64,000 bases of DNA, taken from positions 39,370,001 to 39,434,000 of the forward strand of contig OX597821.1 in assembly GCA_951406725.2 (NCBI GenBank), in the 5' to 3' direction. Below, one piece after another: positions 12,931 to 25,678 of the stretch; positions within the stretch are counted from its first letter, which is position 1, and each line of letters starts with the position of its first letter. The position numbers and the translations under genes are program-made. The DNA comes from Octopus vulgaris (Eukaryota). The notes beneath the pieces are model-generated. The model saw nothing but the letters and a program-made list of their open reading frames with translations, did not search any database and was not told the origin of the DNA.

Positions 12931-13809
12931 TCAGTGTGTTCATTCATTTATTTTTTTTATTTATTCATTTATTTATTTTGCCAGCAATAATGAGTAGAAA
13001 AACAAGTACAAAAGAGTTTGCTGAAAAAAAGTAAAGTAAAATAAAGAAGCAAAATAGGTCCTATAGTAGGTCTGTCAATAGTTTGTTATTGAATTATATA
13101 GAATAATATAGTATGGTTGTGTGTGGTAGCTGGTTGGTTCCAGTCTGTTCTGCTCCACTGACTAACACGGATATCATTAACAATTTCTGCTCTGACAAAA
13201 TGTAGATTAGAATGTAAAATATAGAGTTTATGAATCTGGATTAGATGGGAGGAAAGTGGTTGGGAGATTTGTCAAGTCTCATTTTTGAAAAAAGAAAAAA
13301 AAAATGATGGGGAAATAATGTCTGAAAGTAAAAAATATTACAATCCATAACGAACATCCAAATTCAATATTGTTATGATTAACAAACCAAAAAATTTTAA
13401 ATAAGCAAAAATTTAATAAAAACCTATTATTTGCTGCTGCAAAAATAGTCTCTATTCAAATAGTGTAACAAGCAGATGTGTTTGTTTGTGGGTGTGTTTT
13501 AGTACTTAAAATGAGAATGTGTGTGTGAGTAAAAAAAAACCAACACATATATACACACACATAAACATATTTATGTATGTGTGTAAATATGTGTGTATGT
13601 ATGTAATATATAGCAAGTTTGTCATTATAGTGCTAAATTGCTTATGCTGCAGTGTTCATAGCAAAAAATGTGCAAGACCCCCCAAGTTGGCAGTACATCT
13701 GCCACATATGAAGTTTACCTTCACCCCCCCCACACACACACACACATATACATACATACACACACACATATGCATGCATACCCACTCACACACACATGTA
13801 CATTTGTAT

Positions 13810-14095
13810 TCTTTTTACTTTGCATTTGTTCCAATCGTTGGATGGCAGCCATACTGAGTCACCACCTCAAAGGGTAGAGTCACAAAGACCAACTCCAGTG
13901 CTTATTCAGTTAGTCTCTTTTGCTGAACTGCTAAGTTATGGGGATGCAGATGAGCCAACATTTGTTGACATGTTATGGCAGGGGTCAAACACGAAGACAC
14001 ACACACATGCATCAGGCTTCCACACAGTTTCTATCTACCGAGTTCACTCACAAGGCATTGGTTGGTGTTGTGTAGTGGGATTGAACCTGAAACTA
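13810..14095 (-). mobile_element. SINE family B, degenerate
   Basis: TAGTCTCTTTTGCTGAACTGCTAAGTTATGGGGA and CAGTTTCTATCTACC motifs in reverse. Confidence 0.65.
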
Positions 14096-14413
14096 TAAAG
14101 TTTCTCAACTTCACTGCTATATCTGTTCCTATATTTATGTGTCTTGATTGGAGATTGGTAAAACTTGGTAAAAGAAAGCATTCAACCATAGAATTCTGCA
14201 TCATGCCCCAATAAATCTTGTCTAACTCATGTCAGGCTGGAAAATGTAGACGTAAATGATAATGATGATCATGGTGATTATGATGTGTTAGTCCTTGTAT
14301 GTGTTGTAATAATTTCACATACAGCAAGTCTATAATTGATAACTGTAAAGTGACACACACACACTTGCACATTCAGGCACAAACACTCACATGAATGTTC
14401 ACACACACACATT

Positions 14414-14452
<39 letters not shown>

Positions 14453-14478
14453 AAGGGTGGAAAGGAACACACGAGTTG

Positions 14479-14895
14479 ATATATATGAAAAAACAAGTCA
14501 AAAATAGAAAATGCTAAAATAATTTTATAGTGAATCTTTCAGTACTGGTTTCGGTCATTTTGAGACCTTTTCAACTGTAATGATTAAATAATTAAATTTA
14601 GAAAAATTAGAAGAAAAGTTTTTTTAAAGGAATATTTCTATAGTAGTGTTCAGATATAAGTAGCATTCTGCCTTTCTCTGACTCCCTTGTTTGCACTTGT
14701 GTGTTCGAGGCCACTTATATCTGAACACTACTATAGAAATATTCCTTTAAAAAAACTTTTCTTCTAATTTTTCTAAATTTAATTATTTAATCGTTACAGT
14801 TGAAAAGGTCTCAAAATGACCGAAACCGGTACTGAAAGATTCACTATAAAATCATTTTAGCATTTTCTATTTTTGACTTGTTTTTTCATATATAT
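14479..14895. mobile_element. ~180-bp near-perfect inverted repeat (Penelope-like inverted pLTR) between (TA)n tracts
   Basis: Arms ~14479-14661 and ~14713-14895, ~51-bp spacer; each arm carries a hammerhead-like motif. Confidence 0.8.
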
Positions 14896-16019
14896 ATATA
14901 TATATATATACATGCAGTTAAAAACAAAGCAATACTACAAAATATAATCACAAGACTGTGAGGTAATGCTGTAATCTGTTATCAACTTTTGATTCCTGCT
15001 CCAGGTGATCTGTTTCTATGCCATTTACACCTGGCATTTAGTGAGACTCTGGTGCTGCTCCTTGATGTTCACATACAACTCCAGCGAAGTTTAAATATCT
15101 AAATATAACACAACAGACACTGCCAAAATCCATTGTAAAATAGCTTTATGGTAATCTGCTGTGCGCCACTTCTGATCTTTTAGCAGCTGCAGATAATGAA
15201 ACTCCCTGGGGTCCTACAGGCATTTTATATTGTGTCTTGTCTGTTCTGTTGGGTGTCAGGATCTATGCTCTGCTCACAGCACTCTGTTTTTGCTTACCAT
15301 GGATAACCAACAGTGACACCCTGGTGTGTTCAGCTCGTATATGTTAGTGTTGTGGCCGCACACTGTTAATATTCTTCAATAGTCATTACTGAAGTGTTGT
15401 GGTGTGGCATTCTGCTGGCCTATGGCTGTTATGGAATAATATACTGAAACTTTACTGTTGTACACCCTCCATGTGCAAGAACTGTTGAGCAGTTTCTTAA
15501 AGCAATGTAGGTGCATGCTCAGGTACTGCTTGAAGGTACTCCTGGCTCAGTCTTTTGGGCATTTTTGCAGACTAGATCCTAGGATTGAGAGGGTCAGATC
15601 TGAGGTTGATCTGCACCTTAGCATCTCTGGCTATGACATTAGGGTATCAGAACATTTTGATTAACGGTTTCAGTGTAAAGTAAGTTTTACTCACTAATTC
15701 CTATCACTAAAACCTTATGTTGGAACTTTGGTCCCTCCTGTGATCTGTTTATGATATAGCAGAGCAAGTGTTACTCTTTAATGGAGAAGACTAACCGTAT
15801 CTTTGAAGAACTTCAACCTGTTCTGTCTGTAACTGAAAGTAAAAAAAAAAAAAACTGAGTGCTGCTCATAGCGTCACCTCATAGCAGAACCTGAGACTCT
15901 ATATTTTGCAACATCAGCCTACATTTATCAGCTGTGTATAAACATCTCTAGAGCTTCAGCAATCAATGCTGCTGCTGATAATGATGTTTTGATGTGTGTG
16001 TGTCAGTGTGTTTGTAAGT

Positions 16020-16391
16020 GGCTGAGTTCCTTTCAAGTGCTGCACCTCACGGAAGTAAAGTGGTTGAGTTCCTTTCAAGTGTTGGGCTCTCAGAGGCAAT
16101 GACTGAAACCTTTGGCATTATGTCGTGCTTGAGAAGAAGACCCATCAAGCCGAGCAAAATCTCAGTCAAAACAAATACTGGTGTCACGCAAATGGTATCC
16201 ATGCCGGTGGCACGTAAATGCACCCATTACACTTTCAGAGTGGTTGGCATCAGGAAGAGCATCTAGCTGGAGAAAACCATGCCAAATCAGACTGTTGTCT
16301 GTTGCAGCCTTCCAGCTTACCAGCCCTGGTCAAACCACTCAACTCATGCCAGCACGGGGCAACAGATGTTAAATGATGATAATGATGATGA

Positions 16392-16395
<4 letters not shown>
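16020..16395 (+). mobile_element. 5'-truncated RTE LINE: ORF C-terminus plus 3' UTR
   Basis: LGLSEAMT / LWHYVVLEKKT-like end of RTE ORF followed by family C UTR and (GAT)n tail. Confidence 0.75.
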
Positions 16396-16455
<60 letters not shown>

Positions 16456-16830
16456 GTATATATGTATGTATGTATGTATGTATATATGTATGCATGTATG
16501 TATCAGCAACTACTGATAAATGGGTGTCTGACATGAATACCTTTGAGTGCTTAGCCCAAACTGCACTCCCTTTGTGTGAAAGTGGACTCAGCCAATTGAG
16601 AAATTGTTAATTAAAACAGTAAGTGAAGGACAAAGTCATGGGGAGAATATAATTCCTGAAATCCCTTGAAAAAGAATGGCCAAATGTGAGTTAAACCAGG
16701 AAATAATAAAAAAAAAAGGAGATGTGGTGTGCATGGATGGATTTTCTTGCTTTATTATTTTATTTTGTCGTTTAGTTTGCCTTAGCTTTTACAGTTAAGG
16801 CCATTCTGGTGAACCACCTTCATGCATTAA

Positions 16831-16875
<45 letters not shown>

Positions 16876-17149
16876 TATATATGCATATAAATATATACAT
16901 GTATACATATTATATATACATATAAATATATATATATATATGTATACATATATATATATACATTTATATATATATATGTGTATATATATATATGTATATA
17001 TATATATATGTATACATATATATATATACATTTATATATATATGTATATATATATGTATACATATATATATATATACATTTATATATATGTATACATATA
17101 TATATATATATATATATACATTTATATATATGTATAATATATATATATA

Positions 17150-17204
<55 letters not shown>

Positions 17205-17275
17205 ATATATATATGTGTATATATATATATGTGTGTATATATATATGTATGTGTATATGTATATGTATATGTGCC
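16395..17275. repeat. (TA)n/(TATG)n microsatellites (16395-16500, 16830-17275)
   Basis: Direct reading. Confidence 0.9.
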
Positions 17276-17714
17276 CATGTCAGTGTTGTTTGTCTTTTCT
17301 CTGTGTAATAATGTTGTTATTAGTAAACGCTTGTAACAAAAGATCAGTGTCTCAGGTTTTCTGGTTAGAAATCCAGCACAGATCCAATTTACCTGTCAGT
17401 CTTCGCAGTTTGATATCATAAGTATAAATTGATTGAAGTCAAAACTGACTGTGTATTTCTGCCAACAAAATTTAGCTTTGGCTAAATTTGTAGCAGAACA
17501 GTCACTGAGCAAAAAATATGTTATAATAATAAGTCAGTGTTTAGTTTATAATATTTAGTTTTTGTGTATTTTGTGTTCGCATGTGTGTGTGTGTGTGTCT
17601 GTGTTTGAGTTACATTTATGGGTATTTCTATGTGTGTGTTTATATGGAAATTGGTGTATGTACGAAGCAAAGTAGCTGGTTCTAAAACCTCTATAAGGGA
17701 TGCAAGTGGTAACT

Positions 17715-19310
17715 CTACTGGAAAGTAATGCTTGTTGCCACTTCACTGTGGCTGTTCTGTATGGAATGACGTTACTACTCTTCTTTAACCCCAGCGCAAC
17801 ACTTCCTCTAGCTGGTTAACAACACAACCGGTGTCCGATATATTGCAAGTAGGGGAGCAAACACCTACCATCTAGCAACTTGAGAGGATCAGTAGACCAG
17901 CCTAGTTTCAGGGTATTTACCCTTCCTCAGTACTGGGCACCTGTCTGCTAGAGATAAATTATTTATTGTGATAATAATTATTGGACATCAAGAGGACAGT
18001 ACAGAACATCACAAATGAAAAGTGTTCACGGGTTCATAAATGAGTTTTAAAAATATGGTGATATATTTTAATATAATTAAAAATTTTTAAACCTTGACCA
18101 TGAAGTCCACCGGCTACACTGTACTACTTTACTATGGTTGAAATTAAGCAGGGTCATTAACCCCCAACTTTCTTTCCACATCCTTCCATATTTTTCTATA
18201 TACACATCATGACAGGCATCTTTTCTCCAGCCTATCTTGCTCTTCAGATGATATCTGAAGTATTATAGCAAACCAGGATCAGAGATGAATGTTCCTGTCA
18301 CGACTCCTTTCATTCTAGTTTTCCATATACACTCTTTCAGTACTACAACTGTGCATAAAAAGCATACCTTACCTTCCTTTGACAGTCCGGATGGTGGCAC
18401 AATCTTAATCATGGATTCAGCTGATAGTTGTACTCTTCCCAGATGTGCAACAGCACATGTTCTGTGTAAATTATCAAGCCTGAAAGCTCCGGACACTGAA
18501 CAAGGGCATGCAGAACAGTTGCATCGTCCTTCCTGCACCTTGGGCATACTGATGGCACAGACATTCCATGCCTAGACAGTTTATCGCGAACAGGTAAAGC
18601 ACTCCTATAGCACTGCCAGGTCAGGGATTTCTGTGAGTTATCCAGATACCCTGGCTCGAAAGTTCCTTGGAACAGGTTGGCTAACTGTTCCTCATTGAGT
18701 CCCAGAGCTTCTCCTAGGATGTCATCCCTCTTGAACTCAACTACCCAACTAAAGAGTATCGAGGTGGTATTCCCACTGCTGGCTTTGCCTGCCTTGTGAA
18801 TTACCTGTCTGCTAGAAATGGCAGTCGATCACCCTAGCTCACAGTATATAAAAAGATAAGCAACATTCAGTCACTGATCTTGCAACAAGCAAAGAAGCAA
18901 GATTTTAAAAAGTAGTAATTCTAGTGGAAAGTAATGTTTGTTGCCACTTCAACATGGCTGTTCAATATGGAATGATATTTCTACTATTTAAAGGAAAATT
19001 TGACAAGAGAGTCAGTCGCCCGCTGACACTCATTGACGCTACATCGAAGAGACCAGGAACAGAAGAAAGAAGACATGCACTCAACACCATAGCTGATGAC
19101 ACCTCCAAAAGGGGGGGTGCACTACATCAAAACGGTAGAGGAGTAGGATCCGAAATTGGATGTGGTTCCTCCTGATGATGTCTTGAGTTAACTAGATCCT
19201 ATTTGAAATTCCTCCTTCTAACCCCAGGAGGACACCTTCACCAGCTGTTTAATGACGCAACTGGTGTCCGATACATTGAGAGCAGAGGAGCAAACTCCTG
19301 CCATCTAGTG
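17715..19310. repeat. Diverged direct-repeat pair (~17715-17878 and ~18920-19310, second copy ~220 bp longer internally)
   Basis: Shared GGAAAGTAATG.TTGTTGCCACTTCA, TAACCCCAG, GGTGTCCGATA.ATTG and GAGCAAAC.CCT.CCATCTAG blocks. Confidence 0.7.
17953..18802 (-). mobile_element. 5'-truncated L1/Tx1-type LINE with TSD
   Basis: Minus strand encodes WQCYRSALPVRDKLSRHG...CPRC...TVLHALVQC (zf-RVT-like); 14-bp TSD ACCTGTCTGCTAGA at 17939-17952 and 18803-18816; AATAAA near 3' end. Confidence 0.8.
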
Positions 19311-20268
19311 ATGTGCATGTATATGTACAAACATATACACATCCTTTAGTTCTTCCTATAGTTTCTTTTGCCTTTCACAGTTGGGAGTGGGCTCTAGCTG
19401 GAGCAGCACCTTCTGTGTTTGTATGTACATGTATACACACAAACACAAATGTACATGCAGAAACACACACATAGAGATGCACACACACACACGTACGTCT
19501 CTCAGAAGCCTACTGAACCTATTAACCAAATATCCACCACTGATATGGCCATGACGGATTAAACAATGCCTTAAATTAATTGACTGATCAATGACTTTTG
19601 CAGAAAAAGTTTCCAAGGACTCACACACAGCCTGCAGTTGTTGCTTTCTGCCATCTCATGAAACTCTATATTCTAACCAACATCAGCAGGAAAGAAATCA
19701 AGTTATAAAGAAACAAAAACAAAAAATTATTGTTTCATGGCCATTTCTGAGAAGGTAGCAGCATGAAACACCATTCTTGGAATCCCAGCATGGACTACAA
19801 TTTCGTCAGTAGATGGTTGTTAAATTAAGTAGGAGTAATAGACTGGGAATCGATTCAATTATCTCTAAATCCTGAATAAATATTTACCTTGCATTAAGGA
19901 AAAAAAAACCCAAACAAACAAAAACTAATGATGGCATTATTTTTCCAAGTTATTTCTTTGCAAAAGTAAATATTGAAATGAAGATTTTTCCCCCCCATTG
20001 AAGCTATCTTTGTCTCTGGTTAAAGTTTCCATGGGTTGACTTTAGTAGCAATGGAAGCACCATTAGATGGGCAACAGTGTTATTTTATCATTGTTTTATG
20101 TGTGGGATACCTGTCATTGTTCTGTTCATATAAAGTAAATATCCTGTAAATATGTGTTTCTAATATTCTAAACTACCTAAGCTTGGTCTGCTTTGAGAGG
20201 AAAACACAATAAATACTATAGAACGAGAAAGATGCTGAATAAAGTCTGCAATATTAATAATAATAATG

Positions 20269-20303
<35 letters not shown>

Positions 20304-21125
20304 AATAATAATAATGATCATTTGTATAGTCTCAAGAAATAAACTGTAGCTCAATGAACCCGATTAAATACTCTCTTATCTTGCCATCTGTTCTTATTAT
20401 GATAACTTACCAATTCTAAAGAAACGGGAACAATATCAGACGTGTGTCTTACAAATTGAATATTTTTTTCTTCTTTTAAAACACCCATAATAAAACTGTC
20501 ACTTATAAATACGTTGATGTGTTAGGAATGCATTATGGGTGACAGCTTTAATTGTAGCTACGTTCCATATAATACCTTTTTCCTTCTCTTGTCATACAAT
20601 GGACTCAACTTGGAATAATAATAATAATAATAATGATAAAGTATATTTTGTAACTTCATTATGAGTTGGCTGCAATTTATTATAATTGTATCAAACTTGG
20701 AGTCGACTGAACAAGAATTAAGTGATGACTACCTAATGGTTACAAAGAAAGTTTTGATTTCTTTATTTATGTTTCTGTGTCTTCAAACGTCTGATTTGAG
20801 GACAAATAAATATATCGTTTTTGTTTTCTATATCAATGATCTGTCAAATGTATTTCATATCAAACAATTGTGGATAGAAAATTACAGCTTTGACAATAAA
20901 AGAAAAAGAAAACAAGAAAGACATTTACTGTACTAAGTAAATGTGTGAGTCTTTAGTCTTTTTAAATTAATCACCTTGACTAATGATTAATCATCAGTCC
21001 TTGAGATGGCCCTAAACTACTTTATGGTGGATACATTTATTGGCTGATCCTTTCAATAAACAGTTTAATACAACTTTATTAACCAATGAAACTGGATACA
21101 TACTATCAGATACACATATTTTATC

Positions 21126-21187
<62 letters not shown>

Positions 21188-21382
21188 GATGCACAGTTAA
21201 GAGGTTTACTTTTCAACTACATGACTTTAAGTTCGATTCCACTTCACGGCAGCTTGAGTCGGTACCTGCTATCATAAACCTGAGTTTGATAAAAGCCTTA
21301 TGAATAAAATTCGGTTGATAGAAACCATTTAAAAGAGCATTTATGGTTTTAGGGAGGAGACTTCATTCATTTTATGGTTTAA

Positions 21383-21595
21383 GGTAGCGAGCTGGCAGAA
21401 GCGTTAGCATGCCAGGCAAAAAATACTTAGTGGTATTCATCTTTTCTTTACGTTCTGAGTTCAAATTCCGCCAAGGTCGACTTTGCCTTTTATCCTTTTG
21501 GGGTCGATAATTAAGTACCAGTTGCATATTGGAGTCAATCTAATCAACTGGTCCCCTCCCAAAAAATTTTGGGCCTTGTGTCTAGAGTAGAAAGG
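21383..21595 (+). mobile_element. SINE family A (short-tail variant) with TSD
   Basis: Full head and core; TSD ATTTTATGGTTTAA at 21369-21382 and 21596-21609. Confidence 0.9.
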
Positions 21596-22307
21596 ATTTT
21601 ATGGTTTAACACTCTAAGTCTCTTTAGAAGAACAGACCCTGTTTAAAATCTTGAGTTAAATTATAGGTATGATTTCTCTTTCAGACATCCAGGTTTGGTT
21701 TCTAGTCTTATTGGAACTTCTCATTTTTCTTGAACCCTGTCATGGTAAAGAGAAAAAAATCAGCAACTTTCAGAACCCATGATTCTTAGATTCAAATCCT
21801 ACCTCAAAAATCAAGTAAAGAACTGAAATGGGTAGGTATTTTAGCCAAGGGGAATCCTTTCCTCTGACCTGCTACAAAATGTTGCCACATCTGAATTCAA
21901 ATTGTACTCAAGCATCTTAAACTGGGAGGATACACTTGACAATGTAGATCACTGGCTAATCCTAGATCTGCTCACATGGAGCTAAACAACAGCCATTAAG
22001 TATTTGAAGTAACTATTGATCATGAAGCTTGGAGTTCAACTCCTGATTGAACAAATCTATTAAATGTATTTCGAACTGAAGAGAGCAATAAAATGAAAGT
22101 AGATTTAATTAAAATTCAAATCTGCTTTGATCAAAGCTCTGTTTTCTTGCAGCTTATTACTTTCTGTGGTTCTCTTGTTCATCTCGTGGAGATCAAGGAA
22201 GTCTTATTACGAGACAAAAATTATTATATTGCGTGTGAATTGTTCTGTATTAAGTCTTGATTTCAAATTATAACTTGACTAGAGATGAAGAGGTGCAGTT
22301 GAACATC

Positions 22308-22560
22308 ATTATCATCATCTAACGTCCATCTTCCATGTTGGCATGGGTTGGACAGTTTGATTGAAGCTGGGAAGGCTGGGGATTGCACCATGCTCCATTG
22401 TATGATTTGGCATGGTTTCTACAGCTGGATGCCCTTCCTAATGGCAACCACTTCACAGAGTCTACCGGGTGCTTTTTATGTGTCACTGGCACTGGTTTCT
22501 TTTACTTGGTACCAGCATGAGTATGTGGCAATTACACTAGTGTTTGTTACATGGCACCAT
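22308..22560 (-). mobile_element. RTE 3' end (family C)
   Basis: (CAT)n-AACGTCC...GCATGGGTTGGAC and CAGCTGGATGCCCTTCCTAATG motifs. Confidence 0.75.
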
Positions 22561-22737
22561 GACCGAGATCGTATAAATAGATTTAAATGACTCTAGTTGG
22601 TTGTTACTACATAATTAGGACAGTACTATTGCTACACACTAAAGCATCCCTGACTGAATCCCCGCCAAAAAAGCTATCTGGTTGATGAGTTAGGAGTCAC
22701 TCACCAACACACACAAATCTCCAATCAACAGATCTCT

Positions 22738-23912
22738 TAGAAAATTACTATTTGTAAATCTCATAATGAGAGATATTCAGCAACAGTACTGTGGAGTAAA
22801 GATTGTTTGCCAATATATCATGGCAGTCCTGGTTTAGGACGAATGTTGCTGTAATTTAGCCCCAGGAGACATCATCTCCAGCTGGCTATATGTCATGATC
22901 TGTGTCCTTATATTTTCAAACAAGGGAATCTAGCACCCCCACTCAGCTCAAAACAACATCTGTGTATCACGATTTCTGGGTTATTTCTCTTCATCAGCTC
23001 GGAATAATTGTTTGGCTACAGGTGGCGCTGCCAAATACCCGTTTGAAATATATAGTTTTCAAAGTGACAACTAGTCACTGATCTATAAATTAGAAAATTA
23101 CTATTTGTAAATCTCATAATGAGAGATATTCAGCAACAGTACTTTGGAGTAAAGGTTGTTTGCCAACATATCATGGCAGTCCTGGTTTAAGATGAATGTT
23201 GCTGTAATTTAGCCCCAGAAGACATCCCTTGTTTGAAAATATAAGGACACCCCTCACTCATTGGACAATAAACTTTGCTTGCGAAGACCTATTGAGGCAA
23301 TTGAAATCAAATCAAATCAAAATCGCTGATGTGGCCGATGGCAGTACTTCCTGATTGGTACTCATACCAGTAGAATGTTAAAAGCACATCCGAGCATGAT
23401 TTTTGCCAGGGCCATAGATTGGCTCCTGTGCTGGTGGCACATAAAAAAGCACCATTCGAGTGTGATTGTTGCCAGCATCTCCTTACTGGCACATGTAAAA
23501 CAACATTCAAGCATGGTCATTGCCAGTGCCGTCAGACTGGCTCCCGTGCAGATGGCATATAAAAAACACCTTTTGAGCGTGGTCGTTGCCAGAACTGCCT
23601 GACTGGTCCTTGTGCCGGTGGCACATAAAAGCACCCACTACACACTCGGAGAGGTTGGCATTAGGAAGGGCATCCAGCTGTAGAAACTTTGCCAGATCAG
23701 ATTGAGCTTGGTGCAGTCTTCTTGCTCACCAGTCCTCAGTCAAACTGTCCAACCCATGCCAGCATGGAAAGCGGACATTAAACGACAATGATGATGATGA
23801 CAGATCATGTCATATAGCCAGCTAGAGATGATGTCTCCTGGGGCTAAATTACAGCAACATTCGTCCTAAACCAGGACTGCCATATTATGTTGGCAAACAA
23901 TCTTTACTCCAA
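22738..23912. mobile_element. Penelope-like terminal repeats (direct plus inverted), interrupted by an RTE 3' end
   Basis: Direct repeat with 353-bp offset (22738 vs 23091); 23227-23250 and 23801-23912 are the reverse complement of 22790-22926; CTGATGA...GAAA on minus strand at ~22965-23006. Confidence 0.65.
23251..23800 (+). mobile_element. RTE 3' end (family C) with multiple internal repeats
   Basis: Several GTGC.GGTGGCAC.TAAAA units and canonical GGACATTAAACG...(GAT)n tail. Confidence 0.85.
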
Positions 23913-24240
23913 CAGACCTCTTGTCTTGTCATTATTCGACCTCTTCTACAACTACCACAACGGCCTCTACTCCTGACACTGGCTTATTACCCTCATCCAA
24001 CCTCATCGCTTGCACTTAACTCCCATCCTCTTGCCACCCATTCAGTATTGCTATTCACAATCATTTTCCCCCTCAACATGATCCCTCTGGAATTCCTACC
24101 CTGCTTACAATATTCCTGCATTAATTGATGTGAAACTGTTGAAATTTAACATAAATATCACTCCAACTAGTTTGTGTGTGTAATGGTTAAAGGTTTGGTT
24201 AATTTTTGTTGGGTGATACTTTCAAACCATCAAGTAAAAC

Positions 24241-24400
24241 CTATTTCTTTACTACCCACAAGAGGCTAAACACAGAGGGGACAAACAAGGACAGACAAAG
24301 GGATTAAGCCAATTACATCAACCCCAGTGCGTAACTGGTACTTAATTTATCAACCCCGAAAGGATGAAAGGCATGCTAACGTTTCTGAGGGAAAGGTATG
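24241..24400 (-). mobile_element. SINE family A 3' part (long tail)
   Basis: TATTTCTTTACTACCCACAAG.GGCTAAACACAGAGGGGACAAACAAGGACAG. Confidence 0.8.
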
Positions 24401-25169
24401 CTAACGTTTCTGAGGGAAATAGATCCCTTGCAGTCATTAAGATAAAGTTCTGATAGGAGAGGCAACCACTGTGTAAAATTAAATAGATCAGGCATTTGGC
24501 TTGAGCTGCATCAGGATGTAATTGAGAGATATGTGGATTATACTGATGATGATGATGATTGTTAATGGCTTTTAGGTTGTTGTATAGTAGCAAAGACTCT
24601 TCACCAAAACTGGATTATATTAAGAACTTGGTTCAGTTTGTTACAGATATTGAGTTTTGTACATGATTGTGAAACCAGCATGAGGAAGCCGGCAGATAGA
24701 GAAAATAAATGTCGAATGAATGTAAATATCTTTGAATACATTATTCTTATTTCACAATCTCTTCACTTGAATTCTTCTCATTAGCTAAACACCATGAAAA
24801 TATTTTTCATGGCAACCAGAGATCAGTACTTATTTTAGAGTTCACGTGGCTAATATTTTAAATTAAATTTATACAATTTTATATCCATTTTTTCCATATT
24901 TAAATGTGTGGTTTGATTTGTTTGCTAGAATAATTGTTTTTACAGCTGGATGCTTTTCTGCTGTTAACTGTTCAACCATGAAATAAGAACGGCATCCATT
25001 TTTTGGTTCAGTCAGGCAAACTGGAGCAAGTCGAGGTGGATATCTTGGTCAAAGATACAACATAATGAAGAACTTCTGAACTTGTTAAGATAGTGTTAAT
25101 ATATTTAATGTCATAAGCAAAGACAATCTAATTGGAAGTACTTATCTGGTGAAAAAAAGACAGCATTCG

Positions 25170-25392
25170 TTCAGAATCGTTAGCATGCTGGGCGAAATAC
25201 TTAACAGTATTTTGTTTGCAGTTACATTCTGAGTTCAAATTCCGCCGAGGTTGACTTTGCCTTTCATCCTTTCAGGGTCAATTAAATAAGTAGCAGTTAT
25301 GCACTGGGGTCGATGTAATCAACTTAATCCCTTTCTCTGTCCTTGTTTGTCTCCTCTATGTTTAGCCTCCTGTGGGCAATAAAGAAACAAAT
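25170..25392 (+). mobile_element. SINE family A (long tail)
   Basis: Core and GTGGGCAATAAAGAAA tail. Confidence 0.85.
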
Positions 25393-25395
25393 ATT

Positions 25396-25548
25396 ATATT
25401 GGGTTGGTGCATTATTATTACAGGTTTTTACAACAAATTTTATTCAACCAAAACAACAATATATAACAAAAAACATCTTTAAATGACAGTCTGACCGTCT
25501 GCCAAGCAAATGGGAAGCAGTAATTGAAGTAGATGGCGAATATGCTCC
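25396..25548 (+). mobile_element. mariner-derived fragment (TIR plus transposase C-terminus)
   Basis: TATTGGGTTGGTGCA TIR-like start; LTVC/DRLPSKWEAVIEVDGEY-like C-terminal motif. Confidence 0.6.
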
Positions 25549-25630
25549 AGCCTTCATCAAGTGTCTTGGGGAAATTTTGAACCTGGGTTCTCATTCCTAA
25601 GGTATTTTTCGATGTTATTATTATTATTAA

Positions 25631-25678
<48 letters not shown>

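Noticed and set aside
14950-15900. Moderately GC-richer stretch suggestive of a decayed coding element
   Set aside because: No diagnostic motif identified by eye; needs a translated search
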